DNA from: Alkaliphilus sp.
Lineage (GTDB): Bacteria; Bacillota; Clostridia; Peptostreptococcales; NVVX01
NCBI GenBank assembly: GCA_002733545.1
Contig: NVVX01000001.1
Span: 45,099 to 109,098, forward strand
Length of the DNA: 64,000 nt
Direction: 5' to 3'
Positions 48,808-58,412 of the stretch are shown one piece after another (position 1 is the first letter of the stretch; every line of letters begins with the position of its first letter). A program made the translations under genes and the position numbers. The notes below the pieces were generated by a model, which was given only the letters and a program-made list of their open reading frames with translations, did not search any database and was not told the DNA's origin.

Positions 48808-49929
48808 ATGAAAACTAAAATGAGAATAATCATGCTTTGCATATTGGTTTTAATATTTTCTTCTTCAGTTGCTTACGCTGATGATTGGAATACTGAATAT
48901 GGAAAATATTTTGAAGTATATGATATAGAAAATGAAGAAATTTTATTTGTTACTGCAATGTTAGTAACAAAAGGAGACCAATACTTAAGTGGTGACAATA
49001 GAATGTATAAAGTAGTCGAAGTAGACGTGGACAATTGGAGAGCATATGCCGAATTTATTAACGAAGTCTCACTACCAGTAATTGATGAAGTGGCTTTTAG
49101 TGAAATAAGACTTAATTTAGAAAATGGATTGGGACTTGCAACCATGGTGGCTCAAAAAGAAAATAAAAAGATTGCGATTTATACAACACATACGGCAGAA
49201 TCCTATATTCCTTCAGATGGTAAATACAGCATAAAAGGAGCAGGTGGGATAGAAAAAGTTGCAGAAGTATTACGTGCAAACTTAGAGAAGCTTGGTGTTG
49301 ATGCTACCTATGATTCAACAAATCATGACCCACATGATGCAGGTTCGTATAAACGTTCAAGAAGAACCGCTGTACAAATGATGAGAGAAAAACAACCAAC
49401 TGCAATCATTGATGTACACCGCGATGCAACTCCTGCAAAACCTTATCTTACCGAAATTAATGGAAAGCCTGCTTCTAAGGTACGGCTTGTCGTTGGAAGA
49501 AGAAATCAAAATTTTAAATCTAATGAAGAAATGGCTTGGAAGATAAAAGCAGTTGCGGATAAAATGCATCCAGGTTTAATTAAAGATATTTTTTATGCCA
49601 AAGGGAACTACAATCAAGACTTAAGCCCTAAAGCAATGCTAGTAGAAATGGGAACATACAAGACATCGCGTGAGCGTGCAGAAAAATCAACAGTTTTTTT
49701 ATCAGAGGTACTTACTACAGCATTATTTGGAGGAACTTTCAAGGAACAAAAAGATCAGGCGGCCAAAGGAGAAGAGGGAGAAGCAGAGAAAGGCAGAGCT
49801 GAAGAAACTAAGGAAAACAAAGTTGAACCAATGAAGCCAGCAAGTAAAGGCATGGGAACAGGAGTTATCTGGTTGGTTTTAATTGCAGGTGGAGGATTAG
49901 CAGCCTTTGCGTTATTAAGAAAAAAATGA
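48808..49929 (+). CDS. spoIIP: Stage II sporulation protein P family amidase/endopeptidase
   Basis: IYTTHTAESY, SYKRSR, IDVHRDA, YNQDLSPKAMLVEMG. Confidence 0.88.
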   Translation: MKTKMRIIMLCILVLIFSSSVAYADDWNTEYGKYFEVYDIENEEILFVTAMLVTKGDQYLSGDNRMYKVVEVDVDNWRAYAEFINEVSLPVIDEVAFSEIRLNLENGLGLATMVAQKENKKIAIYTTHTAESYIPSDGKYSIKGAGGIEKVAEVLRANLEKLGVDATYDSTNHDPHDAGSYKRSRRTAVQMMREKQPTAIIDVHRDATPAKPYLTEINGKPASKVRLVVGRRNQNFKSNEEMAWKIKAVADKMHPGLIKDIFYAKGNYNQDLSPKAMLVEMGTYKTSRERAEKSTVFLSEVLTTALFGGTFKEQKDQAAKGEEGEAEKGRAEETKENKVEPMKPASKGMGTGVIWLVLIAGGGLAAFALLRKK

Positions 49930-50094
49930 TTTGTATATTTAAAAAGGTGAGAGGATTATACAATCTCTTGCCTTTTTGAATATAGACCGTTGCAAATTAT
50001 AATTCTATGTAAATTTGCTTATTTATATGTTACAATAACAATGTAGAAATCTAGCAACTCAAAAATAAGAAGAATTTTAAAAGCAGGTGTTTAA

Positions 50095-51411
50095 TTGAAA
50101 AAAAGTAATAATGTAATAAGCAGTGTACATACTAACAGCATAGCCGAGGAATTAGGTATAGAAGTTGGGGATATATTAATTAGTATCAACGACCATGAAG
50201 TTGAAGATATTATAGAGTATAAATACCTCTTGACTGAAGAATACCTAGATGTAGAAATAAAAAAATCTGATGGAGAGACATGGATATATGAAATTGAGAA
50301 AGATTATGACGAAGACTTAGGAATTGAATTTGAAAATCCAATACTCTCACATATGAAATCTTGCACAAATAAGTGCATATTTTGCTTTATAGATCAACTA
50401 CCTCCTAACATGAGAAAAAGCATGTATTTTAAAGACGACGACTCTAGAATGTCTTTTTTACATGGAAATTATATCACACTTACAAATATGTCTGAAGATG
50501 ATATTAATAAGATTATCAAGTATAGAATTAGCCCTATTAACGTATCTGTACATACGACAGATAGCGAACTAAGAAAAAAAATGCTAAACAATAAATTTGC
50601 GGGTGATATTCTAAGTAAACTTAAAAAGTTTGCAGAGAATCAGATTGCAATTAATTGTCAAATTGTTCTGTGCAGAGGAGTAAATGATAGTCAAGAGCTA
50701 GATAAAACAATAGAAGATTTGATGAAGTTGAGTTATGCCATTAGAAGTGTTGCAGTAGTTCCAGCTGGGCTAACTAAATATCGTGATGGTTTACATAGCT
50801 TGATTGCTTATGATGCTGTTTCGGCAAAAGAAGTAATTAAGAAAGTAGAAAAATGGCAAAAAGAATTTCAAGTAAAATTAAAGCGTAGTTTTATTTATAT
50901 AGCAGATGAATTTTACATATTAGCTGATCACGCATTTCCAAGTTATAAATCTTATGACTCTTTTCCGCAGTTAGAAAATGGAATAGGGATGATGGTAAAT
51001 TTTCAACAGGAATTTTATCAATGCTTAAATAAACTAACAGTAAGACTAATGCAACAAAAAAAAGTAACAATAATTACAGGTGAATTATCTTACGGATATA
51101 TTCTAGAAATGTGCGGTGATTTAGAAAAAAAAGTAGGTAATTTAGAAATTAATCTAGTACGTGTAAAAAACGAATTTTTTGGTGGTCATGTATCAGTATC
51201 AGGATTAGTTACAGGAACTGATATATTTAGAGCCGTAGAAAATATTGAAGTAGGTGACAAGATAATTATTCCGAAAAATATGTTGAAATCAGATGAAGAT
51301 ATTTTTTTGGATGACTTTAAAGTAGTCGACTTAGAAGCACTAAAAGAGAAACCAGTTGTCATTAGTGAAGTTGATGGAAAAAAGTTCATATTAAGCATTA
51401 TAGAGAATTAA
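50095..51411 (+). CDS. DUF512 / PDZ / radical-SAM-like protein
   Basis: N-terminal PDZ-like segment, CTNKCIFCFIDQLP, KDDDSRMSFL.GNYITLTN and QLENGIG. Confidence 0.88.
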   Translation: MKKSNNVISSVHTNSIAEELGIEVGDILISINDHEVEDIIEYKYLLTEEYLDVEIKKSDGETWIYEIEKDYDEDLGIEFENPILSHMKSCTNKCIFCFIDQLPPNMRKSMYFKDDDSRMSFLHGNYITLTNMSEDDINKIIKYRISPINVSVHTTDSELRKKMLNNKFAGDILSKLKKFAENQIAINCQIVLCRGVNDSQELDKTIEDLMKLSYAIRSVAVVPAGLTKYRDGLHSLIAYDAVSAKEVIKKVEKWQKEFQVKLKRSFIYIADEFYILADHAFPSYKSYDSFPQLENGIGMMVNFQQEFYQCLNKLTVRLMQQKKVTIITGELSYGYILEMCGDLEKKVGNLEINLVRVKNEFFGGHVSVSGLVTGTDIFRAVENIEVGDKIIIPKNMLKSDEDIFLDDFKVVDLEALKEKPVVISEVDGKKFILSIIEN

Positions 51412-51445
51412 TAGGTAAAAAAGAATTGAAAATCGAGAATGGAGA

Positions 51446-52780
51446 ATGAAAAAAATGTCAAAACCAATTGTAGCAGTAGTAGGCAGACCAAACGTTGGAA
51501 AGTCAACTTTTTTTAATAGAATAGCAGGGAAGAGAATATCTATTGTAGAAGATACACCGGGAGTTACAAGAGATAGAATATATACTGAAGTTGAATGGCT
51601 AAATCACAATTTTATTTTAATCGACACAGGTGGAATAGAACCTATGTCAGAAGATAAAATACTAATTCAAATGCGTTTGCAAGCTGAAATAGCAATAGAA
51701 ACAGCAGATGTAATTGTATTTATGGTAGACGGGAGAGACGGATTAACATCTACGGATAGAGAAGTATCTACTATGCTTAGAAAATCTAAAAAACCTGTGA
51801 TACTTGTAGTAAATAAAGTTGATACAAAAGAACCATCAGAATTCTTTTATGAATTTTATGAACTTGCTATGGGAGATCCAATAGAAATATCTTCAGCGCT
51901 TGCACTAAATTTAGGAGATTTACTGGATTCCATCGTAGATTATTTTCCAGAAAAACATGAGGAAGACGATAATGACGAAACAATAAAGGTTGCAATTATT
52001 GGAAAACCAAATGTAGGAAAATCATCTATTTTAAACAAAATACTAGGAGAAAACAGAGTAATCGTAAGTGAAGTTGCAGGAACAACTAGAGACGCAATTG
52101 ACACTCCTTTTACTGATGGAGAAGATGAGTATATACTAATTGATACAGCAGGACTAAGAAGAAGATGCAAAATAAAAGAGAACATAGAAAGATATAGCAC
52201 AATTCGCTCTATAACAGCAATTGAAAGAGCAGATGTATGCTTATTAATCATTGATGCAACTGAAGGAGTAACAGAACAGGACAAAAAAATTGCTGGCTAT
52301 AGTCATGAAAACGGTAAGGCAATTGTAATAGTTGTTAACAAATGGGATTTAATAAAAAAAGATACTAAAACAATGAAAGAGTTTACTAAGAATTTTCGTA
52401 ATGATTTAGCTTACTTAGAATATGCACCACTTATATTTATTTCTGCTTTAACAGGACAAAGATTGAACAAGTTGTTAGAAGTTACCAAATTTGTTGCTAA
52501 TCAAAATTCAATGCGTGTAGCAACTGGGACATTAAATGAAGTTATTGGTGAAGCGACTTTGCTAAATCAACCACCAAGTGATAAAGGAAAGAGATTGAGA
52601 ATTTATTACACAACTCAAGTATCAGTTAAACCGCCTACATTTATATTGTTTATTAACGATAAAAAACTAATGCATTTTTCATATCAAAGATATTTAGAGA
52701 ACAAAATTAGAGAAAACTTTGGGTTTGAAGGTACGCCATTAAGATTTATTTTACGCGAGAAAAAAGGGGATGATAAGTAA
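51446..52780 (+). CDS. der: Ribosome biogenesis GTPase Der/EngA
   Basis: Two G domains, GRPNVGKST and GKPNVGKSS. Confidence 0.97.
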   Translation: MKKMSKPIVAVVGRPNVGKSTFFNRIAGKRISIVEDTPGVTRDRIYTEVEWLNHNFILIDTGGIEPMSEDKILIQMRLQAEIAIETADVIVFMVDGRDGLTSTDREVSTMLRKSKKPVILVVNKVDTKEPSEFFYEFYELAMGDPIEISSALALNLGDLLDSIVDYFPEKHEEDDNDETIKVAIIGKPNVGKSSILNKILGENRVIVSEVAGTTRDAIDTPFTDGEDEYILIDTAGLRRRCKIKENIERYSTIRSITAIERADVCLLIIDATEGVTEQDKKIAGYSHENGKAIVIVVNKWDLIKKDTKTMKEFTKNFRNDLAYLEYAPLIFISALTGQRLNKLLEVTKFVANQNSMRVATGTLNEVIGEATLLNQPPSDKGKRLRIYYTTQVSVKPPTFILFINDKKLMHFSYQRYLENKIRENFGFEGTPLRFILREKKGDDK

Positions 52781-52782
52781 TC

Positions 52783-53352
52783 ATGACTTATTTTGTTATT
52801 GTTATTGCTTATATACTTGGGAATTTTACAACATCGTATATTGTTGGTAAATTAATGGGAAACATTGATATAAGAAAGCATGGTAGTGGCAATGCAGGAT
52901 CTACAAATGTTTTTAGAACATTAGGAAAAAAAGCAGGAGCTTTAGCATTTGCAGGCGACGCCCTTAAGGGCGTTTTGGCGGTGTATTTGGGCATGCTTGT
53001 AGGAGGGCAAATTCTTGCAATGGTATGTGGAGTTGTTGTTGTAATAGGGCATAACTGGCCTGTTGTTTTAAAATTTAAAGGCGGTAAAGGAATGGCAACT
53101 TCAATTGGAGTGGGATTAATGTTATATCCGATACCTGCATCGATATGCATTATTTTTGCTGTGGCACTAATAGCTATATTTAAAATGGTTTCGCTTGGGT
53201 CGGTTGTCTCTATGGCCCTACTACCATTTGCTTTAATAATTTTTGAAGATAGAAATGCTGTTATTTTCGGTGCAATTCTTGGAACAATGGCTATTTATCG
53301 ACATAAGGCGAATATATACAGAATATTTAAAGGCGTTGAGAGGAAAATTTAG
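52783..53352 (+). CDS. plsY: Glycerol-3-phosphate acyltransferase
   Basis: DIRKHGSGNAGSTNVFR, GHNWP..FKGGKG and RHKANI.R. Confidence 0.95.
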   Translation: MTYFVIVIAYILGNFTTSYIVGKLMGNIDIRKHGSGNAGSTNVFRTLGKKAGALAFAGDALKGVLAVYLGMLVGGQILAMVCGVVVVIGHNWPVVLKFKGGKGMATSIGVGLMLYPIPASICIIFAVALIAIFKMVSLGSVVSMALLPFALIIFEDRNAVIFGAILGTMAIYRHKANIYRIFKGVERKI

Positions 53353-53393
53353 GGATGTCACCCTGAGAATTGTAAAAAACAAGGAGTGAAATA

Positions 53394-54422
53394 ATGCAAA
53401 AATCACCTATTGCAGTTATAGGCGCTGGAAGCTGGGGAACAGCTCTTAGTTTGTTATTACATAATAAAGGGCACGATGTGAGACTATGGATGCGGAGTCC
53501 TGAACAATTTAATGCTTTAGTGAAAACGAGAGAAAACAAAGACTATTTATCAGGGATACATCTTCCTAAGGAACTAAAAATATTTAACGAAATTGAAAAA
53601 GCTATTAAAAAAACTAATATAATCTTATTAGCGGTACCTACGCAATCGGTAAGAAACATATTAAATATACTTGAGCCATATATTAAACCTAATCAAATTA
53701 TTGTAAATGCATCAAAAGGACTGGAATTAAACAGTTATTTAAGAGTCTCTCAAATAACAAAGGAGATACTACCAGGAAACAATTTCGTCGCTCTTTCTGG
53801 CCCATCACATGCTGAAGAAGTGTGTAAAAAAATACCGACAACTATCGTAGTATCAGGAGAAGATAAAGAGTCTACAGAATATGTACAAGATGCATTTATG
53901 ACTAAAGAATTTAGAGTATATACTAATCCAGACTTAATTGGGGTGGAACTTGGTGGAGCATTAAAAAATATTATTGCTTTTGGTGCAGGAGTATCTGATG
54001 GCTTAGGCTACGGAGATAATGCTAAAGCAGCGTTAATGACCAGGGGGCTTAGTGAAATGTCAAGACTAGGTAAAGCTATGGGCGCTAACCTATCTACGTT
54101 TGCAGGACTAACAGGGATTGGAGACTTAATAGTTACATGCACAAGTATGCACAGCAGAAACCGTAGAGCAGGAATTTTAGTTGGACAAGGTAAAAACTTA
54201 GAAGAAGCAATAAAAGAAATTGGAATGGTAGTAGAAGGGATTACAACTACTAAAGCTGCTTATGAACTTTCAAAAAAATACGAAGTTGAAATGCCTATTA
54301 CTGAGGAGATATATAAAATATTATATGAAAATGATAGTGCAAAAGATGCAGTTACAAGATTGATGACAAGAAGTAAAAAACATGAAATAGAAGAAATTGT
54401 TGATTTAAACTTCTTTAACTAA
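53394..54422 (+). CDS. gpsA: NAD(P)H-dependent glycerol-3-phosphate dehydrogenase
   Basis: GAGSWGTA, LSGPSHA, GGALKN and GDLIVTCTSMHSRN. Confidence 0.96.
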   Translation: MQKSPIAVIGAGSWGTALSLLLHNKGHDVRLWMRSPEQFNALVKTRENKDYLSGIHLPKELKIFNEIEKAIKKTNIILLAVPTQSVRNILNILEPYIKPNQIIVNASKGLELNSYLRVSQITKEILPGNNFVALSGPSHAEEVCKKIPTTIVVSGEDKESTEYVQDAFMTKEFRVYTNPDLIGVELGGALKNIIAFGAGVSDGLGYGDNAKAALMTRGLSEMSRLGKAMGANLSTFAGLTGIGDLIVTCTSMHSRNRRAGILVGQGKNLEEAIKEIGMVVEGITTTKAAYELSKKYEVEMPITEEIYKILYENDSAKDAVTRLMTRSKKHEIEEIVDLNFFN

Positions 54423-54451
54423 TACGTGACTAGTGAACTTCTGACTTGCAC

Positions 54452-54640
54452 GTGAAATAAAAAATGCACACGGAACTACTTTAGATTCTGACAATTCAAC
54501 AACTCTTGAGAAGCAAAAATCCTAAAACTTGCGAACTCGCTATGCTCAAACAGCGCAAGTTTCTAAACAGATTTTAACTTCTCAATCGTTAAGAATTATA
54601 GCAAAATCTACAGATGTTCCGTGTGCATTTTCTATTTCAC
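54452..54640. repeat. 189-bp nested palindromic element (MITE-like)
   Basis: 25-bp terminal inverted repeat with one mismatch (54452-54476 / 54616-54640). Inner pairs TAGATT/AATCTA, TTGAGAAG/CTTCTCAA, AAAATC/GATTTT and AAACTTGCG/CGCAAGTTT surround the loop AACTCGCTATGCTCAAACAG. Confidence 0.88.
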
Positions 54641-54704
54641 TAAACGTTGTTGCGACTTTTGTCATATTTGTTGACTAGGTTTTTGTTTTTTTGATATTGC
54701 TATG

Positions 54705-54732
54705 TCATATTCTATTGCCATACTCATATATT
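54705..54732 (+). promoter_or_regulatory. Probable SigE promoter of spoIVA
   Basis: TCATATT-N13-CATATATT. Confidence 0.65.
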
Positions 54733-54780
54733 TATAAAGTAGACATGTGTATAAAGATTATTCATAGAGGAGGTATAGAG

Positions 54781-56250
54781 TTGGAAATTTATAAAGATAT
54801 TGCCAGTCGAACTCAGGGGGATATTTATATAGGGATAGTAGGCCCTGTTAGAACTGGAAAATCGACCTTCATTAAGAGAGTTATGGACCTGTTCGTATTG
54901 CCTAATATGGAAAACGAGTTTAAGAGAGAAAGAACAATAGACGAACTGCCTCAAAGCGGAGCGGGTAAAACAATTACAACTACAGAACCAAAATTTGTTC
55001 CTAGTGAAGCTGTAGAATTGCATTTGAAGGATAATGCATCGTTTAGAATGCGCATGATTGATTGTGTAGGCTACTTAGTTAAAGGTGCAATTGGGCATGA
55101 TGAGGATGGAAAACCACGCATGGTAAATACACCGTGGTTTGAACAACAAATTCCATTTGAAGAAGCAGCTGAAATTGGTACTAGAAAAGTTATTAAAGAG
55201 CACTCAACGATAGGATTAGTAGTTACAACAGATGCTTCAATAACAGAAATAGAAAGAGAAAACTACATAGAGGCAGAAGAGAGGGTCATTAGAGAGTTAA
55301 AAGATATTAATAAACCTTTCGTCATTATACTAAATACGCTAAACCCATATGATGAGTCTACAGAAGAATTACGTAAAGAATTAGAATTAAAATACGAAAT
55401 TCCTGTTCTAACAAAAAATTGTGCAAAGATGGATATGAACGATATTCACGAAATATTAGAAAAAGTGCTATTTGAGTTCCCTATTATTGAAATTAATGTT
55501 AATCTCCCGGGTTGGTTAGAAAGGATAGACTCAGATCATTATGTTAAAAAGGATATGATAAGTGAAATTTTTGATTTTGTGAAAAAAATGAAAAAAATAA
55601 GTGACATGGAATTAGCAATTAAAAATTTAAGCGAAATCAACAAAATTTCCTTGGCAGTTTCAAAGAACATAAAAATGGGGGAAGGCTCTGTATTGATTGA
55701 AATCGCTACTGAAGAAGATTTGTTCTATCAAGTGTTAGAAGAAATGACTGGTTTTTCAATTACGGGAGAGCATCAATTATTTGGCTTGATTATTCAATTA
55801 GCACAATCTAAAAAGGAGTATATTAAAGTAGAAAATGCTCTTAAAGATGTATTAGAGATTGGTTACGGTCTTGTTCCGCCAGCATTAGATGAGTTAACAT
55901 TAGAAGAACCAGAAATTTTTAGACAAGGGAATCAATTTGGAATAAAACTCCGAGCTAATGCGCCATCTTTGCACTTTATTAGAGCTGACATCTCGACGGA
56001 AATTTCGCCTATAATTGGTACAGAAAAGCAAAGCGAAGAACTAATAGATTACTTAATGAAAGAATTTGAGAACGACCCAAGCAAAATATGGAATTCTAAC
56101 ATGTTTGGAAGATCACTACATGACTTAGTTAAAGAACAGCTGCAAAACAAGTTATACAGAATGCCAGATGATACAAGAATGAAGTTGCAAAAAACAATAC
56201 AAAAAATTGTTAATGATGGCTCTAGTGGTATAATAGCTATAATTATTTAG
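54781..56250 (+). CDS. spoIVA: Stage IV sporulation protein A
   Basis: IYIGIVGPVRTGKSTFIKR, DELPQS, TTEPKFVP and C-terminal GIIAIII. TTG start after AGGAGG. Confidence 0.97.
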   Translation: MEIYKDIASRTQGDIYIGIVGPVRTGKSTFIKRVMDLFVLPNMENEFKRERTIDELPQSGAGKTITTTEPKFVPSEAVELHLKDNASFRMRMIDCVGYLVKGAIGHDEDGKPRMVNTPWFEQQIPFEEAAEIGTRKVIKEHSTIGLVVTTDASITEIERENYIEAEERVIRELKDINKPFVIILNTLNPYDESTEELRKELELKYEIPVLTKNCAKMDMNDIHEILEKVLFEFPIIEINVNLPGWLERIDSDHYVKKDMISEIFDFVKKMKKISDMELAIKNLSEINKISLAVSKNIKMGEGSVLIEIATEEDLFYQVLEEMTGFSITGEHQLFGLIIQLAQSKKEYIKVENALKDVLEIGYGLVPPALDELTLEEPEIFRQGNQFGIKLRANAPSLHFIRADISTEISPIIGTEKQSEELIDYLMKEFENDPSKIWNSNMFGRSLHDLVKEQLQNKLYRMPDDTRMKLQKTIQKIVNDGSSGIIAIII

Positions 56251-56276
56251 AATTTAGAAAAGATTTCGAAAATGTG

Positions 56277-56305
56277 TTGACATATTACTTTCCATAGATT
56301 ACTAT
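56277..56305 (+). promoter_or_regulatory. SigA promoter for the leader and ABC exporter operon
   Basis: TTGACA-N17-TACTAT. Confidence 0.75.
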
Positions 56306-56342
56306 ATAGAAGTAGTTAAAAATCAAGAAGGAGGTAGGAATT

Positions 56343-56438
56343 ATGATTAAACGAGATTGCGTAACAATAAACAGTAATAAAACTAAATTAAACAAAGAAA
56401 TCCTGCCTTTTTTGAGTGTACTGACCTATAAATATTGA
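56343..56438 (+). CDS. Putative leader peptide (31 aa); not in the ORF track
   Basis: Perfect RBS AAGGAGGT. MIKRDCVTINSNKTKLNKEILPFLSVLTYKY lies between the promoter and the attenuator-like hairpins. Confidence 0.65.
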   Translation: MIKRDCVTINSNKTKLNKEILPFLSVLTYKY

Positions 56439-56473
56439 TTTTCATTTTGTGAAAATAATATTACTTGTATATA

Positions 56474-56531
56474 AAGCCATGGATTTCTAATCCATGGCTT
56501 AAATTATAGCCATGGTGAACCCATGGCTTTT
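56474..56531 (+). promoter_or_regulatory. Tandem hairpins, probable attenuator
   Basis: AAGCCATGGATT/AATCCATGGCTT then AGCCATGG/CCATGGCT plus a T run. Four CCATGG cores allow alternative pairing. Confidence 0.7.
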
Positions 56532-56542
56532 GCTATGCAAAG

Positions 56543-56610
56543 AGACCTTTGCTACACTGGTAATTTGTAAGGGGCCTCTCGTGGGTACCTGCAGTGCAGC
56601 TGACAGGTCT
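56543..56610. repeat. Short degenerate palindromic element containing CTCGTGGGTACC
   Basis: AGACCT/AGGTCT ends and an inner GCTACACTG/CAGTGCAGC pair. The 12-mer at 56578-56589 is identical to 972-983. Confidence 0.55.
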
Positions 56611-56669
56611 ATCTAGAGTATGCTTAAAAAAGGGACGAAAACAGATACAGAATATAAGGGGGAAACAAC

Positions 56670-58412
56670 TTGAAGAGAATTTTAAAGTACGTAATGGAAT
56701 ATAAATTTCGATTTATCATACCAACAATTTCCATGATAATAATAGTGGCGTTAGCTATGTATACGCCGCATGTGATGAAACTAATAATTGATAAAGTGGT
56801 AATTGGAAGAGAGTATGACTTGCTTACAAATCTTTTAATTGGTTTGTTAGCAATTACAGTAGGAAGATCAATATTCGGGTTTATACAAGAATATTTGTTT
56901 GATATTGTAGGTGCTCAGATTGCACAAGACATTAGGAGGGATTTATTTACTCATATACAAAACTTGTCATTTGGTTTTTTTGATAAAACTAATACAGGTG
57001 AAATCATGTCAAGGACTACAGGAGACATAGGGAATATATGGATGGTAACGGGATTTGTTGCAGTTTTTTTTACGCAACAAATATTATATTTCACTTTAGG
57101 AGCTATAATGATTTTTTCAACAGAATGGAGATTAGCTACTATAACACTAGCTTTCATGCCTATTATTGCTTATCTAGCAATTAAACTTGATAAAGAAGTA
57201 GGTAAAGTATACGAAGAGATAAGCGACCAAGATGCAGCTTTAAATACCACTGCACAAGAAAATATTGCGGGAGTTAGATTAGTGAAAGCATTTGGTAGAG
57301 AAAAGCATGAAGTAAGTAAATTTTTAAAAGAAAACAAACAAAAATACAAGCTAAATGTCAAACGAGTTAAAACATGGGTGAAATATCAACCAATTATTGA
57401 GCTGATAACTAACGTAGTTATAATCATAGTTGTCTGTTTTGGTGGAGTAATGGTAATTAGAAATGAACTGACATTAGGCAGTCTAGTAGCGTTTTATGGA
57501 TATGTTATGCTAATGATATGGCCAATGAGAATGTTAGGCTTCCTAATAAATAACCTAGCACAATGTAATGCTTCAGCAAAAAAAATATTTAAGATTATGG
57601 ATATTAAGTCAAGCATTACTTCGCCTCAGAATCCTCTTTTTCCTAAAGAAGAAGTTGGAAACATTGTATTTGACAGAGTATCGCTAAAATATGATAATAG
57701 CGTAGTTTTAAATGATGTTAGTTTCGAAGTGAAAGCAGGTAAAACAATTGCTATTATGGGGACTACGGGTTCTGGTAAATCTTCTATTGCTAACTTAATT
57801 GCAAGATACTATGATTGCACCGAAGGCGAAATTTTAGTAGACGGAATTAACATAAAACAAAGAGAACTAGCTAATCTAAGATCACAAATATCAGTTGTTA
57901 TGCAGGATACTTTCCTTTTTTCTGACACTATTTCAGCAAACATTAAATTTGGTCACAATGAAATTGGCGACGAAGAAATGATTAATGTATCTAAATTAGC
58001 GAAAGTGCATGGTTTTGTAGAAACTATGAGCGATAAATACGATACAGTAATAGGAGAGAGAGGAGTAGGGTTATCAGGTGGGCAAAAGCAAAGAATCGCT
58101 ATAGCTCGTGCTTTATTAAAAGAAGCAAACGTACTTATTTTAGACGACGCTACATCATCCTTAGATACTGAAACTGAATTTGATATTCAAAAAGGACTTG
58201 TAAAGTTAAAAACTCTTACAAAAGTTATAATTGCACATAGAATATCAGCTGTAAAGGATGCAGACGAAATAATTCTACTTGAAAATGGCGAAATTATTGA
58301 AAGAGGTAATCATAAAAGTCTTTTGAAAAAGCAAGGACGTTACCATAATATTTTCAAAGAACAATACGGAGACATTGAAGTTATAAAAAATGAGGTGATA
58401 TTATGCCAGTAA
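56670..58412 (+). CDS. Heterodimeric ABC exporter subunit 1 (TMD plus NBD)
   Basis: GTTGSGKS, LSGGQKQR and a degenerate Walker B ILDD. Confidence 0.92.
   Translation: MKRILKYVMEYKFRFIIPTISMIIIVALAMYTPHVMKLIIDKVVIGREYDLLTNLLIGLLAITVGRSIFGFIQEYLFDIVGAQIAQDIRRDLFTHIQNLSFGFFDKTNTGEIMSRTTGDIGNIWMVTGFVAVFFTQQILYFTLGAIMIFSTEWRLATITLAFMPIIAYLAIKLDKEVGKVYEEISDQDAALNTTAQENIAGVRLVKAFGREKHEVSKFLKENKQKYKLNVKRVKTWVKYQPIIELITNVVIIIVVCFGGVMVIRNELTLGSLVAFYGYVMLMIWPMRMLGFLINNLAQCNASAKKIFKIMDIKSSITSPQNPLFPKEEVGNIVFDRVSLKYDNSVVLNDVSFEVKAGKTIAIMGTTGSGKSSIANLIARYYDCTEGEILVDGINIKQRELANLRSQISVVMQDTFLFSDTISANIKFGHNEIGDEEMINVSKLAKVHGFVETMSDKYDTVIGERGVGLSGGQKQRIAIARALLKEANVLILDDATSSLDTETEFDIQKGLVKLKTLTKVIIAHRISAVKDADEIILLENGEIIERGNHKSLLKKQGRYHNIFKEQYGDIEVIKNEVILCQ

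Noticed and set aside
16360..54780. Upstream-extended starts in the track (16360, 16653, 17838, 33209, 39841, 41185, 48778, 54691)
   Set aside because: Downstream starts have better RBS spacing or match the expected N-termini of the families.
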